DNA of 51,395 bases from Elusimicrobiota bacterium (GTDB lineage: Bacteria; Elusimicrobiota; Elusimicrobia; F11), in assembly GCA_046153645.1 (NCBI GenBank), contig JBJXGI010000104.1, forward strand, positions 1-51,395, read 5' to 3'. Numbering within the stretch: the stretch's first letter is position 1; every line of letters begins with the position of its first letter. The notes under the pieces are model-generated. The model made no database searches, was not told the origin of the DNA, and saw only the letters and a list, made by a program, of their open reading frames with translations. A program made the translations under genes and the position numbers. Shown here in pieces: positions 9,050-17,235 of the stretch.

Positions 9050-10176
9050 TGAAAAAAATTGGTTTTTTTGTTTTAAGTATTTTTTTATTTTCTTCTTTTT
9101 TATTGGCGAAGGGTTCGGGGACTTCGGCTGGTTTAACCTTTCTGAGAAACAGTGGCGCTCGGTCTGGCGCTTTGGGAGAGGCTTTTGTTGCCATGACCGA
9201 TGATATTACGGCAATAGATTTTAACCCTGCTTCTTTGGCTACTTTAGGATTTAACCAAGCCTCATTACATCATGAGCAAGGTCTTTTTGATGATTCATTT
9301 AATAAAGCTATGTTAGGAATACGCCATCGACCAAAACGTGCTTTTGGGATCTCGGCAGGGTTTTATGATAGTGGCAAAGCTAATTTATTTGATGGAGTAA
9401 ACCCCATTCGATCAGTCACAGCGCAACAAGATTTCGTTTCAAATTTAGGGTATGGGTTCCGTTATAAAACAATGGATTGGGGAGTTAGCATAAAATATTT
9501 GAAATCCCAACTTGCTGATACAAATAGTGCGTCAGCTTTTTCTGGAAATATTGGTATCCAATATCAACTTTCAGAAAAGTTTCGAATGGGAGCAAGTGGT
9601 CCGATTTATCAATCTCATCTCCGTTACACCGATGTTACTGAAGAAGTACCGCGAATATATCGGATTGGAATGAGTTTTTTAGGAAAACTTCCTTTGGGAA
9701 CCGGAAATCTTCCTGTTCAATTTCTTTGTGATGTTCCCTATGATTCAACGGAGGGTTTGGCTTCTTTTAATTTTGGTGCTGAGGCACAATTAGGGCAATT
9801 AATGGCTTTACGAATGGGTTTTAATACAAGATCTGACATTCAGCAATTTTCAATTGGCTCAGGGTTCCATTTTCGCCGAATGAATTTAGATTATTCATTT
9901 GGTTTGGCTAATAATAGAGCTTTTGAATCTATCCAAAAAATTAATTTTTCATTTCAATTTGCTGGGGAATTAAAAATAGAAAAAGTTGAAAGAAGTAGTT
10001 ACCAACTATATGAAGTAAAAGACGGTGAAACCTTGGAATCGATTGCTCTCAGTCGGCTTGGTTCTGCTGCGAGCTGGGCAGACATTTTTGCTCTTAATAA
10101 ATATATGTATTCAAGTCCTGATCAAATTGTCCCTGGAAAACGCATCCTAATTCCGACTCCAAAGAAGATAGATTGA
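9049..10176 (+). CDS. PorV/PorQ-like outer-membrane beta-barrel with C-terminal LysM domain
   Basis: FLRNSGARSGALGEAFVAMTDD...FNPASLA N-terminal signature of FadL/PorV-like barrels. C-terminal YEVKDGETLESIA...WADIFALN...IVPGKRILIP LysM. Overlaps the upstream stop (TAATG). Confidence 0.75.
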   Translation: MKKIGFFVLSIFLFSSFLLAKGSGTSAGLTFLRNSGARSGALGEAFVAMTDDITAIDFNPASLATLGFNQASLHHEQGLFDDSFNKAMLGIRHRPKRAFGISAGFYDSGKANLFDGVNPIRSVTAQQDFVSNLGYGFRYKTMDWGVSIKYLKSQLADTNSASAFSGNIGIQYQLSEKFRMGASGPIYQSHLRYTDVTEEVPRIYRIGMSFLGKLPLGTGNLPVQFLCDVPYDSTEGLASFNFGAEAQLGQLMALRMGFNTRSDIQQFSIGSGFHFRRMNLDYSFGLANNRAFESIQKINFSFQFAGELKIEKVERSSYQLYEVKDGETLESIALSRLGSAASWADIFALNKYMYSSPDQIVPGKRILIPTPKKID

Positions 10177-10243
10177 AATTCATGCACATGTCACATAGGA
10201 TCTACATGTTTTATATAGCCGTTTTCGATAAATACTTTAAAAT
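10177..10243 (+). promoter_or_regulatory. Pho box-like repeats with candidate -10
   Basis: AATTCAT-gcac-ATGTCAC-atag-GATCTAC-atgt-TTTATAT at 11-bp period, then TAAAAT at 10238-10243. Closely resembles the 13504 site. Confidence 0.6.
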
Positions 10244-10248
10244 GACTT

Positions 10249-11436
10249 ATGTTTAAAAAATATTTTTATTTAAAAAATAATAAAGCACTGATTTTGTTTG
10301 TGAGCATTTTTGTCGGAGTTGTTTCTCTTATAAATGCCGCTCAAATTAACACCAATGGTAAACTTGAAATCGCGGCCGACGATTACTCTTTTTCAGCTCG
10401 GATTACAGGAAGATTACATGTGGATGGAAACTTTTACCGAAGTGGTTCCGATAGACGGAAACTGCCGAGTGGTACTTTTGTGAGAAGAGCGCGTATTGGA
10501 GTGAGGGGAAACTTTAGGGCCTGGGAATATCGTGTTGATTTGGACAATGCCACCGATACGCCTGATTTAAGAGGGGCTTATATTCGGCGTTTAATTGGCC
10601 CAGGAAAATTTTCAATTGGACAATTTAAAGTATTTGAGAGTATTTCTGAAATGACAAGTTCAAACCACACCACTTTCATCGAAAGAGCTTTTGTTGGACA
10701 TATTGTGCCGGGCATGAAGATTGGTGTTGCGTATAATGGCTCGACTGGTCATTTTGGATATTCTGGAAGTATTTACAATGCGCGTAAAGCTTCTGATGGT
10801 GAAGCGCGACCTACAAATGCAGGAGTTGGCGGGGTCTTGCGGGGTTTTTATGCACCGGTTCATGAAAAAACAACCGCTGTTCATTTTGGTGCCAGCTATG
10901 CCTATGAAGCCACTGATAGCTCAGGAACGCGCGTTCGGATTAGTCCTTTGGGTCGAGCCGAAGAATTTAAAGACGGTCGGGAATTCAGGTTTAATATTTA
11001 TGACCGTCGAGATCGCCATGTCAAGGTTGATCGAATAATATTTGAGACGGCAGCTGTCAACGGTCCTCTTTCTATTCAAGCTGAATATCTTTTTGGGCAA
11101 GCCAAAGCCAATAAAATGACTGACGATTCATTTCGTGTCTGGTATGTTGAACTGAGTTATGTGTTAACAGGTGAAGCCAAAGAGTATGATTTAAAAAGAG
11201 GCCGAATAGAGTCTTTAGAGCCAGAGCGAGAAATGGGTGCTTTTGAAATAAGCGCTCGTCATCAACGTGCCGAAAGAGAAAAAATAAATCAAGCGGAGTT
11301 AAGTGCCACTGAGTTTGGTTTAACTTATTATGCTAATGCCAATGTTCGGTTTTTGGTTAATTATGGTTGGTCTCATAATAAATTAATAGATGATAAACCT
11401 CGTTTGTTATCAACTCGGGCGCAATTTAATTTTTAA
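10249..11436 (+). CDS. Phosphate/pyrophosphate-selective porin, OprO/OprP family
   Basis: Signal peptide, GRLHVD, FVRRARIG, IGQFK, SSN..TFIER, YVELSYVLTGE, C-terminal F. Located in a Pho context. Confidence 0.8.
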   Translation: MFKKYFYLKNNKALILFVSIFVGVVSLINAAQINTNGKLEIAADDYSFSARITGRLHVDGNFYRSGSDRRKLPSGTFVRRARIGVRGNFRAWEYRVDLDNATDTPDLRGAYIRRLIGPGKFSIGQFKVFESISEMTSSNHTTFIERAFVGHIVPGMKIGVAYNGSTGHFGYSGSIYNARKASDGEARPTNAGVGGVLRGFYAPVHEKTTAVHFGASYAYEATDSSGTRVRISPLGRAEEFKDGREFRFNIYDRRDRHVKVDRIIFETAAVNGPLSIQAEYLFGQAKANKMTDDSFRVWYVELSYVLTGEAKEYDLKRGRIESLEPEREMGAFEISARHQRAEREKINQAELSATEFGLTYYANANVRFLVNYGWSHNKLIDDKPRLLSTRAQFNF

Positions 11437-11437
11437 G

Positions 11438-12454
11438 ATGTTAGAAACTCAAAAGGTAAAAAAGTTTTTTGGATTTATGGTTATCATAACCTTCCTTTAT
11501 CCTTTCAATGTATTTTCTTCTGAACTGATGTCCATTGATGGAAGACCGGCTGTTGTGAAAGATATTATTCAAGTTAGGTTAAGAGATTTGCATCCAACCC
11601 AACCCTCTATTGGTTTTGATCGCGTCTACTATAAATTAGGGCGCTTTCAAGCTGACCGACGAAAATTATTTGATGATTACTGTGTGAAAAATGGTGGACG
11701 TGGTATTCTCAATTTTTCAAATGAATCAAAAATACATGATCAAAAATCATTTACTTGTGTTGAAGAAATCGGATCTCAACGAGAAGAAATGAAAACAGTT
11801 GTCATTGCCCCCAATGGAGAATTGTATTTAACTGATGGGCACCATACGTTTAATGGTTTTTGGGAAATGAACGAAGGGGGGCCTGACTTAAAAATAAACC
11901 TTATTATTTCTCGAGATTATAGAGAACTTGAAACAATGAACGCTTTTTGGGAACAAATGAAGGCCGAACAAAATGTTTGGCTTTTTGATGTAAATAATAA
12001 GACCATTGAGCCGAAAGATCTTCCTCAATCATTGGGTTTGAAAAATTTCCAAAATGATCAATATCGAGCTTTAATGTATTTCACTCGACGCATTGCTTGG
12101 CGTCCTCCAAGGGAAATTACTGTTCCCGATCCCGATAATTACGATGACCGTTACCCAGGGGTTCCTTTTTTAGAGTTTTATTGGGTCCGAGAAATAATGA
12201 GCAAAATTGATCTCAAGGATTATAATTTATCAACCCGTGAAGGTTACCTCGCAGTTATTCAGGATTTCGGGAAAATTATTATGGAAACGAAAACCAATAA
12301 CGTGGGAGGCTCTAATAAATCCGTTATTGAAATGGGGCAGTTTCGTATATTTAATAAACGTGAATTAGCTCGCATTGACCGCCCTGGAACAGGAAAATTG
12401 GCCTATATGCTTGGCTATAAAAGAAATTTTTCTCAACGGCAAAGTTTTAATTAG
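11438..12454 (+). CDS. Secreted ParB/Srx-fold (ParB-like nuclease, ParBc_2 type) protein
   Basis: Signal peptide from ATG 11438. Motifs LHPTQPSIG, LYLTDGHH, NDQYRAL, PFLEFYW. No HTH domain. Confidence 0.7.
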   Translation: MLETQKVKKFFGFMVIITFLYPFNVFSSELMSIDGRPAVVKDIIQVRLRDLHPTQPSIGFDRVYYKLGRFQADRRKLFDDYCVKNGGRGILNFSNESKIHDQKSFTCVEEIGSQREEMKTVVIAPNGELYLTDGHHTFNGFWEMNEGGPDLKINLIISRDYRELETMNAFWEQMKAEQNVWLFDVNNKTIEPKDLPQSLGLKNFQNDQYRALMYFTRRIAWRPPREITVPDPDNYDDRYPGVPFLEFYWVREIMSKIDLKDYNLSTREGYLAVIQDFGKIIMETKTNNVGGSNKSVIEMGQFRIFNKRELARIDRPGTGKLAYMLGYKRNFSQRQSFN

Positions 12455-12482
12455 CTCTATATATTTCTTGGAGGAATAAAAA

Positions 12483-13493
12483 ATGTTTAAAAAATGTCTA
12501 GTGATTTTTTTGTTGAGTGTTGTTGGTTTTTTTCACGCAACACACACAAAAGCAAGTGCACTTATTAATGGGGCTGGCGCTACATTCCCTTATCCTATTT
12601 ATAGTAAGTGGTTTGACATGTATCATAAATTAAACCCAGAAGTACGAATTAATTATCAATCTATTGGTTCGGGTGGTGGAATTCGGCAGTTTCTGGCCAA
12701 AACGATTGATTTTGGCGCAACCGATGCTCCCATGAATGAAAAAGAAATGGCTCAAGCAGAAGGAACTGTTTTTCATGTTCCCACTGTTTTGGGTGGTGTT
12801 GTTCCCTCTTTTAATGTTCAAGGGGTTGAAACGCTTAATTTTACAGGAGAAGTTTTGGCCAAAATTTATCTTGGAAAAATTACCAAGTGGAGTGATCAAG
12901 CCATTCGAGATTTGAATCCAGATGCGAAGTTGCCAAAAGAAGAAATCGTTGTTATTCGCCGCGCTGACGGATCGGGAACTACTTTTTGTTTTACGGATTA
13001 CCTCTCCACCGTCAGTCCAGACTGGAGCCGAAAAGTGGGTAAAGGCGAATCTGTTAATTGGCCTGTCGGTCTTGGCGGAAAAGGAAACGAAGGCGTGGCA
13101 GGTCTTATCCGCAAAACAAAAAACTCTCTTGGTTATGTTGAACTTGTTTATGCTAAACAAATGAGAATGAGTTATGGAGCTGTAAAAAATTCCGCGGGTA
13201 TTTTTGTAAAAGCCGATTTGGAATCTGTCAGTTCCGCGGGGAATGCGATTTCGATGCCAGAAGATTTCCGAGTATCCATTGTTAACGCTCCTGGAGAAAA
13301 AAGTTATCCCATTTCTACCTTTACGTGGCTTTTAGTAAAAGAACAAAATACCGGCGATGTGGGCACTAGTATTCGATCTTTTTTAGAGTGGATGTTATCA
13401 GACGGTCAAAAGGTTGCCCCTCAATTGGATTATGCTCCTCTTCCCGATCACGTTAAAGAAATGGTCAGAAAAATGCTCCCTAAAATCAAATAG
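12483..13493 (+). CDS. pstS: Phosphate ABC transporter substrate-binding protein (copy 1)
   Basis: GAGATFPYP, YQSIGSGGG, DFGATD, RRADGSGTT, GKGNEGV, YPI motifs. GGAGG RBS. Confidence 0.95.
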   Translation: MFKKCLVIFLLSVVGFFHATHTKASALINGAGATFPYPIYSKWFDMYHKLNPEVRINYQSIGSGGGIRQFLAKTIDFGATDAPMNEKEMAQAEGTVFHVPTVLGGVVPSFNVQGVETLNFTGEVLAKIYLGKITKWSDQAIRDLNPDAKLPKEEIVVIRRADGSGTTFCFTDYLSTVSPDWSRKVGKGESVNWPVGLGGKGNEGVAGLIRKTKNSLGYVELVYAKQMRMSYGAVKNSAGIFVKADLESVSSAGNAISMPEDFRVSIVNAPGEKSYPISTFTWLLVKEQNTGDVGTSIRSFLEWMLSDGQKVAPQLDYAPLPDHVKEMVRKMLPKIK

Positions 13494-13503
13494 TTTTTTA
13501 GTC

Positions 13504-13570
13504 GTTTTATTCTCTTGTCATATAGAATTCACATGGTTCTTATTTAGCTATTAAATTCAATGTTTATAAT
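13504..13570 (+). promoter_or_regulatory. Pho box-like repeats with TATAAT -10
   Basis: GTTTTAT-tctc-TTGTCAT-atag-AATTCAC-atgg-TTCTTAT at 11-bp period, then TATAAT at 13565-13570. Confidence 0.65.
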
Positions 13571-13614
13571 GCCCTTATCAATTAAATAGGTGTTGTTAAT
13601 TTTTATGAGGTGTT

Positions 13615-13797
13615 ATGGAGCAAATGTTTTTTTATCAATTAGAGGCTGATGTTTTGGCTAGCAGTATACGGAGTCAAAAAAATCTTTGCGAAGAACTAAT
13701 TCGTGAATTAGAAGGTAAGGATTTTGATTCAGAAAGTGTGAATAAAAAGATTTATGAAATAGAATCGGCGCTTAAGAAAATTTGTAAAGCAGCTTAA
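13615..13797 (+). CDS. Small helical-hairpin hypothetical protein
   Basis: GAGGTG RBS, 60 aa, amphipathic heptad pattern, similar to the next ORF. Confidence 0.65.
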   Translation: MEQMFFYQLEADVLASSIRSQKNLCEELIRELEGKDFDSESVNKKIYEIESALKKICKAA

Positions 13798-13798
13798 G

Positions 13799-14005
13799 TT
13801 GAGTATGGTTTATACTAAAAATGATTCAAGGGGACGCTTGATTCATGCGCTTAAACAACAACAAGAGCATTTGGCAGAAGTGTTAGAAGCCATTGGGCGT
13901 AAAGACATGTCATTTGATGAGGTTAAAGAGTATTTGAAGTGGATTCATCAAAATATGAAAGAAATGCGAAAATCGCCGAAGTTTAGATTTAATAAAAATC
14001 ATTAA
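13799..14005 (+). CDS. Small helical-hairpin hypothetical protein (start TTG 13799 or ATG 13805)
   Basis: Directly follows the previous ORF, amphipathic helices, followed by a terminator. Confidence 0.6.
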   Translation: MSMVYTKNDSRGRLIHALKQQQEHLAEVLEAIGRKDMSFDEVKEYLKWIHQNMKEMRKSPKFRFNKNH

Positions 14006-14015
14006 GATTAATTTT

Positions 14016-14054
14016 GCTGGGGTTTCTATTCCCCTGGAACCCTGGCTTTTTTTT
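14016..14054 (+). terminator. Intrinsic terminator
   Basis: GCTGGGGTTTC...GGAACCCTGGC stem (with G-U pairs) followed by T8. Confidence 0.8.
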
Positions 14055-14111
14055 GTCCGAAGCATCCAAAAGAACGAAGGTAAGTGTCATAATGTTTGTA
14101 GAAAGGAACAC

Positions 14112-14795
14112 ATGTATAAAGAAAAAATCCTCATTATCGAAGATGAAAAAGATCTTGTTAAACTTCTTAAATATAATCTTGAAAAAGAAGGATACCGAAT
14201 TGTAGCGGTTCACGATGGTGAAGCTGGTTTGACTGCGTTTCGAAAGGAAAAGCCCGATCTTATTATTCTTGATGTCATGTTGCCCAAGCTTGATGGGTTT
14301 GATTTTTGTCGGATGGTTCGGCAAGATTCGAAAACGCCTATTTTGATGGTAACAGCAAAAACCGAAGAAGTGGATCGTGTCTTGGGGCTTGAATTGGGGG
14401 CTGATGACTATGTCACCAAACCTTTTAGTGTGAGAGAAGTGTTGGCTCGCATTAAAGCCATATTGCGGCGCGTCGGAACAAGTGATGAAGAAAAAACGCT
14501 ACTTCGCATGGGAGAGTTAGAAGTTGATTTGGAAAGATATGTTACAAAAGTAAAAAATCAACCCATTGCGCTTAGCTCCAAAGAATTTGAATTTCTTAAA
14601 TGTTTAATTGCGGCCAAAGGACGTGTTTTATCTCGCGATCAACTGCTCGAAAAAGTTTGGGGATATGATCAAGCTTTGAATATTGATACGCGCACGGTTG
14701 ACCAGCATATTGCCCGGTTGAGGGAAAAACTCCTTTCCGAGTCGTTTCGTATTGTCACTGTGAAAAATGTAGGCTATCGCTTGAAACTTGATTAA
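14112..14795 (+). CDS. phoB: OmpR/PhoB-family response regulator
   Basis: REC (IIEDE, DLIILDVMLP, GADDYVTKPF) plus winged helix (SRDQLLEKVWG, RTVDQHIARLR). Adjacent to the kinase and pst operon. Confidence 0.9.
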   Translation: MYKEKILIIEDEKDLVKLLKYNLEKEGYRIVAVHDGEAGLTAFRKEKPDLIILDVMLPKLDGFDFCRMVRQDSKTPILMVTAKTEEVDRVLGLELGADDYVTKPFSVREVLARIKAILRRVGTSDEEKTLLRMGELEVDLERYVTKVKNQPIALSSKEFEFLKCLIAAKGRVLSRDQLLEKVWGYDQALNIDTRTVDQHIARLREKLLSESFRIVTVKNVGYRLKLD

Positions 14796-14804
14796 AATGT
14801 TGGC

Positions 14805-15926
14805 ATGCCGCCCCATATCTTTGATTTTTTTAAAAACCCTCCAGAAGAAGCAACACCTTTACAAGAAATGAATTCTATTGAATCTCCAAGTTTAAATGAA
14901 AGAGCCCAGTTTATGGCAGTCTTGGATAACATGGTTGATGGTGTTGTTGCAGTAGACCGACAAGGTAAAATTTTAATTGTGAACAAGATTTTGTGCGCCA
15001 CGTTTTTGCTTTCGGCTGATGAATCTAAAGGAAAAAGAATATTAGAAGTATTGCGGTACAGTGAATTAAATCAGCTCATTCAAGAAATATTATCCGATCA
15101 GAAAAATAGAATTGTTGAGATTCGCGCTTTTTCTCCAGAAGAGCGATATTTTGAGGCACACGGAGCCCCGCTGATGGTTGATGAGGTTTGTCAGGGTGTG
15201 TTGGTCGTTTTGCATGATATGACGCGCATACGCCAGTTAGAGCAAATTAGGAGAGATTTTGTGGCTAACGTTTCGCATGAATTGCGAACGCCGCTTTCTT
15301 CTATTAAAGGATATGCCGAAACATTGATTAATGGTGGTTTAGAAGATGAGAAAAACAGAACAGAATTTGTAGAAGCCATTGAACGACAGGCCGATCAAAT
15401 GACTTCGTTGATTGAGGATTTACTTGATTTGGCTGCCATCGAATCAGGAAAAAGAATTCCGACGCACGATCATGTGTCTATGGAAGGTTTGTTTAAAGAG
15501 TTATTTAAATCTTTGGCGTCATTGGCGCAAAAGAAAAAAGTGCAACTTTGTTTGGAATTGGATCAAAAAACAACACCCGTCCGGGGCGATAAAAATCAAT
15601 TGGCGCAAGTATTTCGGAACTTATTGGAAAACGCTATTAAATTCAACCAGGAAAATGGTTCTGTTAGAGTATTTGGAATCGAAAAAGAAGGGGTTCTTCA
15701 TGTGTCTGTTCAAGATACTGGTATCGGAGTCCCCGCTCAGGATTTAAATCGAATTTTTGAGCGATTTTACCGAGTTGATAAAGCGCGTTCACGCGAAATG
15801 GGGGGAACGGGGCTGGGTCTTTCTATCGTTAAGCATATCGTTGAATCTCATGGCGGCGCTATCAATTTAGAAAGTTCTATTGGTAAGGGTAGTATCTTTA
15901 CTATTTCTCTTCCTATATATAAGTAA
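14805..15926 (+). CDS. phoR: PhoR-like histidine kinase (PAS-HisKA-HATPase) without TM segments
   Basis: RRDFVANVSHELRTPL, NLLENAIKF, DTGIG, IFERFYRVDKARSR, GGTGLGL. PAS region from MVDGVVAVD. Confidence 0.9.
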   Translation: MPPHIFDFFKNPPEEATPLQEMNSIESPSLNERAQFMAVLDNMVDGVVAVDRQGKILIVNKILCATFLLSADESKGKRILEVLRYSELNQLIQEILSDQKNRIVEIRAFSPEERYFEAHGAPLMVDEVCQGVLVVLHDMTRIRQLEQIRRDFVANVSHELRTPLSSIKGYAETLINGGLEDEKNRTEFVEAIERQADQMTSLIEDLLDLAAIESGKRIPTHDHVSMEGLFKELFKSLASLAQKKKVQLCLELDQKTTPVRGDKNQLAQVFRNLLENAIKFNQENGSVRVFGIEKEGVLHVSVQDTGIGVPAQDLNRIFERFYRVDKARSREMGGTGLGLSIVKHIVESHGGAINLESSIGKGSIFTISLPIYK

Positions 15927-15937
15927 TCATTTTTAAG

Positions 15938-15966
15938 TTGTCACGCCACTGTCACATACCTTTTAC
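15938..15966 (+). promoter_or_regulatory. Pho box upstream of porin-pstSCAB-phoU
   Basis: TTGTCAC-gcca-CTGTCAC-atac-CTTTTAC: near-consensus PhoB direct repeats at 11-bp period. Confidence 0.85.
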
Positions 15967-16051
15967 CATGCCATAATGGCTGCCCTCTCTAAGATCGCTT
16001 AGTATGCAGGTGCTTTAAATCTAATACAAATAAGTAAGTAGGAGGACTGAC

Positions 16052-17218
16052 ATGCAGTCTAAAATGAATAGGGGAAAAGCAATATTTGTGGCTTTGGGAT
16101 TCATGTTTACCGGATCTCATGCGTTTGCAGATCCAATAGTGTCGTATAGCAAATGGGTGGAAGAAATTAAGTTTAGCGGAGACTTAAGACTCAGGCATGA
16201 GAATTTTGATAAGAGAACAGCGGGTCAAACCGATCGTCAGAGACAGCGGTTTCGACTTCGGCTTAATACAGATATTAGGCTTCCAGCCAATTTCCAGATT
16301 AAAATGACCTTGGCTTCGGGCACAGGTGAACAAGTCTCAACCAATCAAAGTTTTGATAATTTATCTTCCCAAAAAGATATCTACATCGATAAGATTTTTG
16401 CCATTTATCAACCTTTAACTTGGTTAAAATTACAAGGTGGAAAAATGGAAAATCCCATTTGGCGCCAATATTCAAGCGATGTTGTATGGGATAGCGATTT
16501 TGGCCCAGAAGGTTTTAGTCAGGGAATTGAACAGTTGGTAGGTCCCTTTAACATCTTTGTTAATGCCCTGCAAATGGTTGTGGATGAAGATTCTGGTTTC
16601 AATGTTGGTGTATCTACGCAAGGTAAACAAGCCGATCAATGGATGTTTGCCCATCAAATTGGCATTGAGACCAAATTGCCCTTTGAAAAAAGATTAAGGT
16701 TCGCCTATGCCAATTATTACTGGCATAATGAAAACCAAGGAACCTTTAGCCAAGTGGCAACAAATGAAGGAAACCGCAGAAGCAGCTCGGTGTTATCGAA
16801 TAATTTCAACGTTGATGAATTTACAGGAGAACTTTTTGGTTGGATGTTCAATAAACCTCTATCTCTTCAGTTTACCGCAGTTGAAAACCGCGGCGCCAGA
16901 GGAAATTTAAATTCCAAACACAACAATGGTTATCAAATCGGGGGTATTTTCGGAAAGGCTCGTGAAAAAAACACATTCGAACTTGCTTATTTCAATAAAC
17001 AAGTAAGAACTGATGCGACTGTTGCAGATGTCGCTGATTCCGATTTTGGAGATGGTGGAACGAACAGAAAAGGGCATATTGCCTGGATTTCGTATGCGCC
17101 ACTGGATTGGATGGTTGTAACGATAAAGCATTTTGATACAGAAGTTATCGAACCAGCTTTGTCTCCAAATAGAGACGACATCAATCGCACACAAGTTGAT
17201 TGGTCGGTCAAATTTTAA
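16052..17218 (+). CDS. Putative outer-membrane porin (Porin_5-like) heading the pst operon
   Basis: GGAGG RBS, signal peptide, FSGDLRLRHE, RQRFRLRL, VWDSD, DSDFGDGGTN, C-terminal VKF. Confidence 0.8.
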   Translation: MQSKMNRGKAIFVALGFMFTGSHAFADPIVSYSKWVEEIKFSGDLRLRHENFDKRTAGQTDRQRQRFRLRLNTDIRLPANFQIKMTLASGTGEQVSTNQSFDNLSSQKDIYIDKIFAIYQPLTWLKLQGGKMENPIWRQYSSDVVWDSDFGPEGFSQGIEQLVGPFNIFVNALQMVVDEDSGFNVGVSTQGKQADQWMFAHQIGIETKLPFEKRLRFAYANYYWHNENQGTFSQVATNEGNRRSSSVLSNNFNVDEFTGELFGWMFNKPLSLQFTAVENRGARGNLNSKHNNGYQIGGIFGKAREKNTFELAYFNKQVRTDATVADVADSDFGDGGTNRKGHIAWISYAPLDWMVVTIKHFDTEVIEPALSPNRDDINRTQVDWSVKF

Positions 17219-17235
17219 GAACGGGAGGATCAAAA

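Noticed and set aside
11438..12454. Chromosome-partitioning ParB
   Set aside because: It has a signal peptide, no HTH, and no parA or parS nearby.
14084..14101. Fifth Pho box before phoB (GTGTCAT-aatg-TTTGTAG)
   Set aside because: Only one good half-site; too weak to call.
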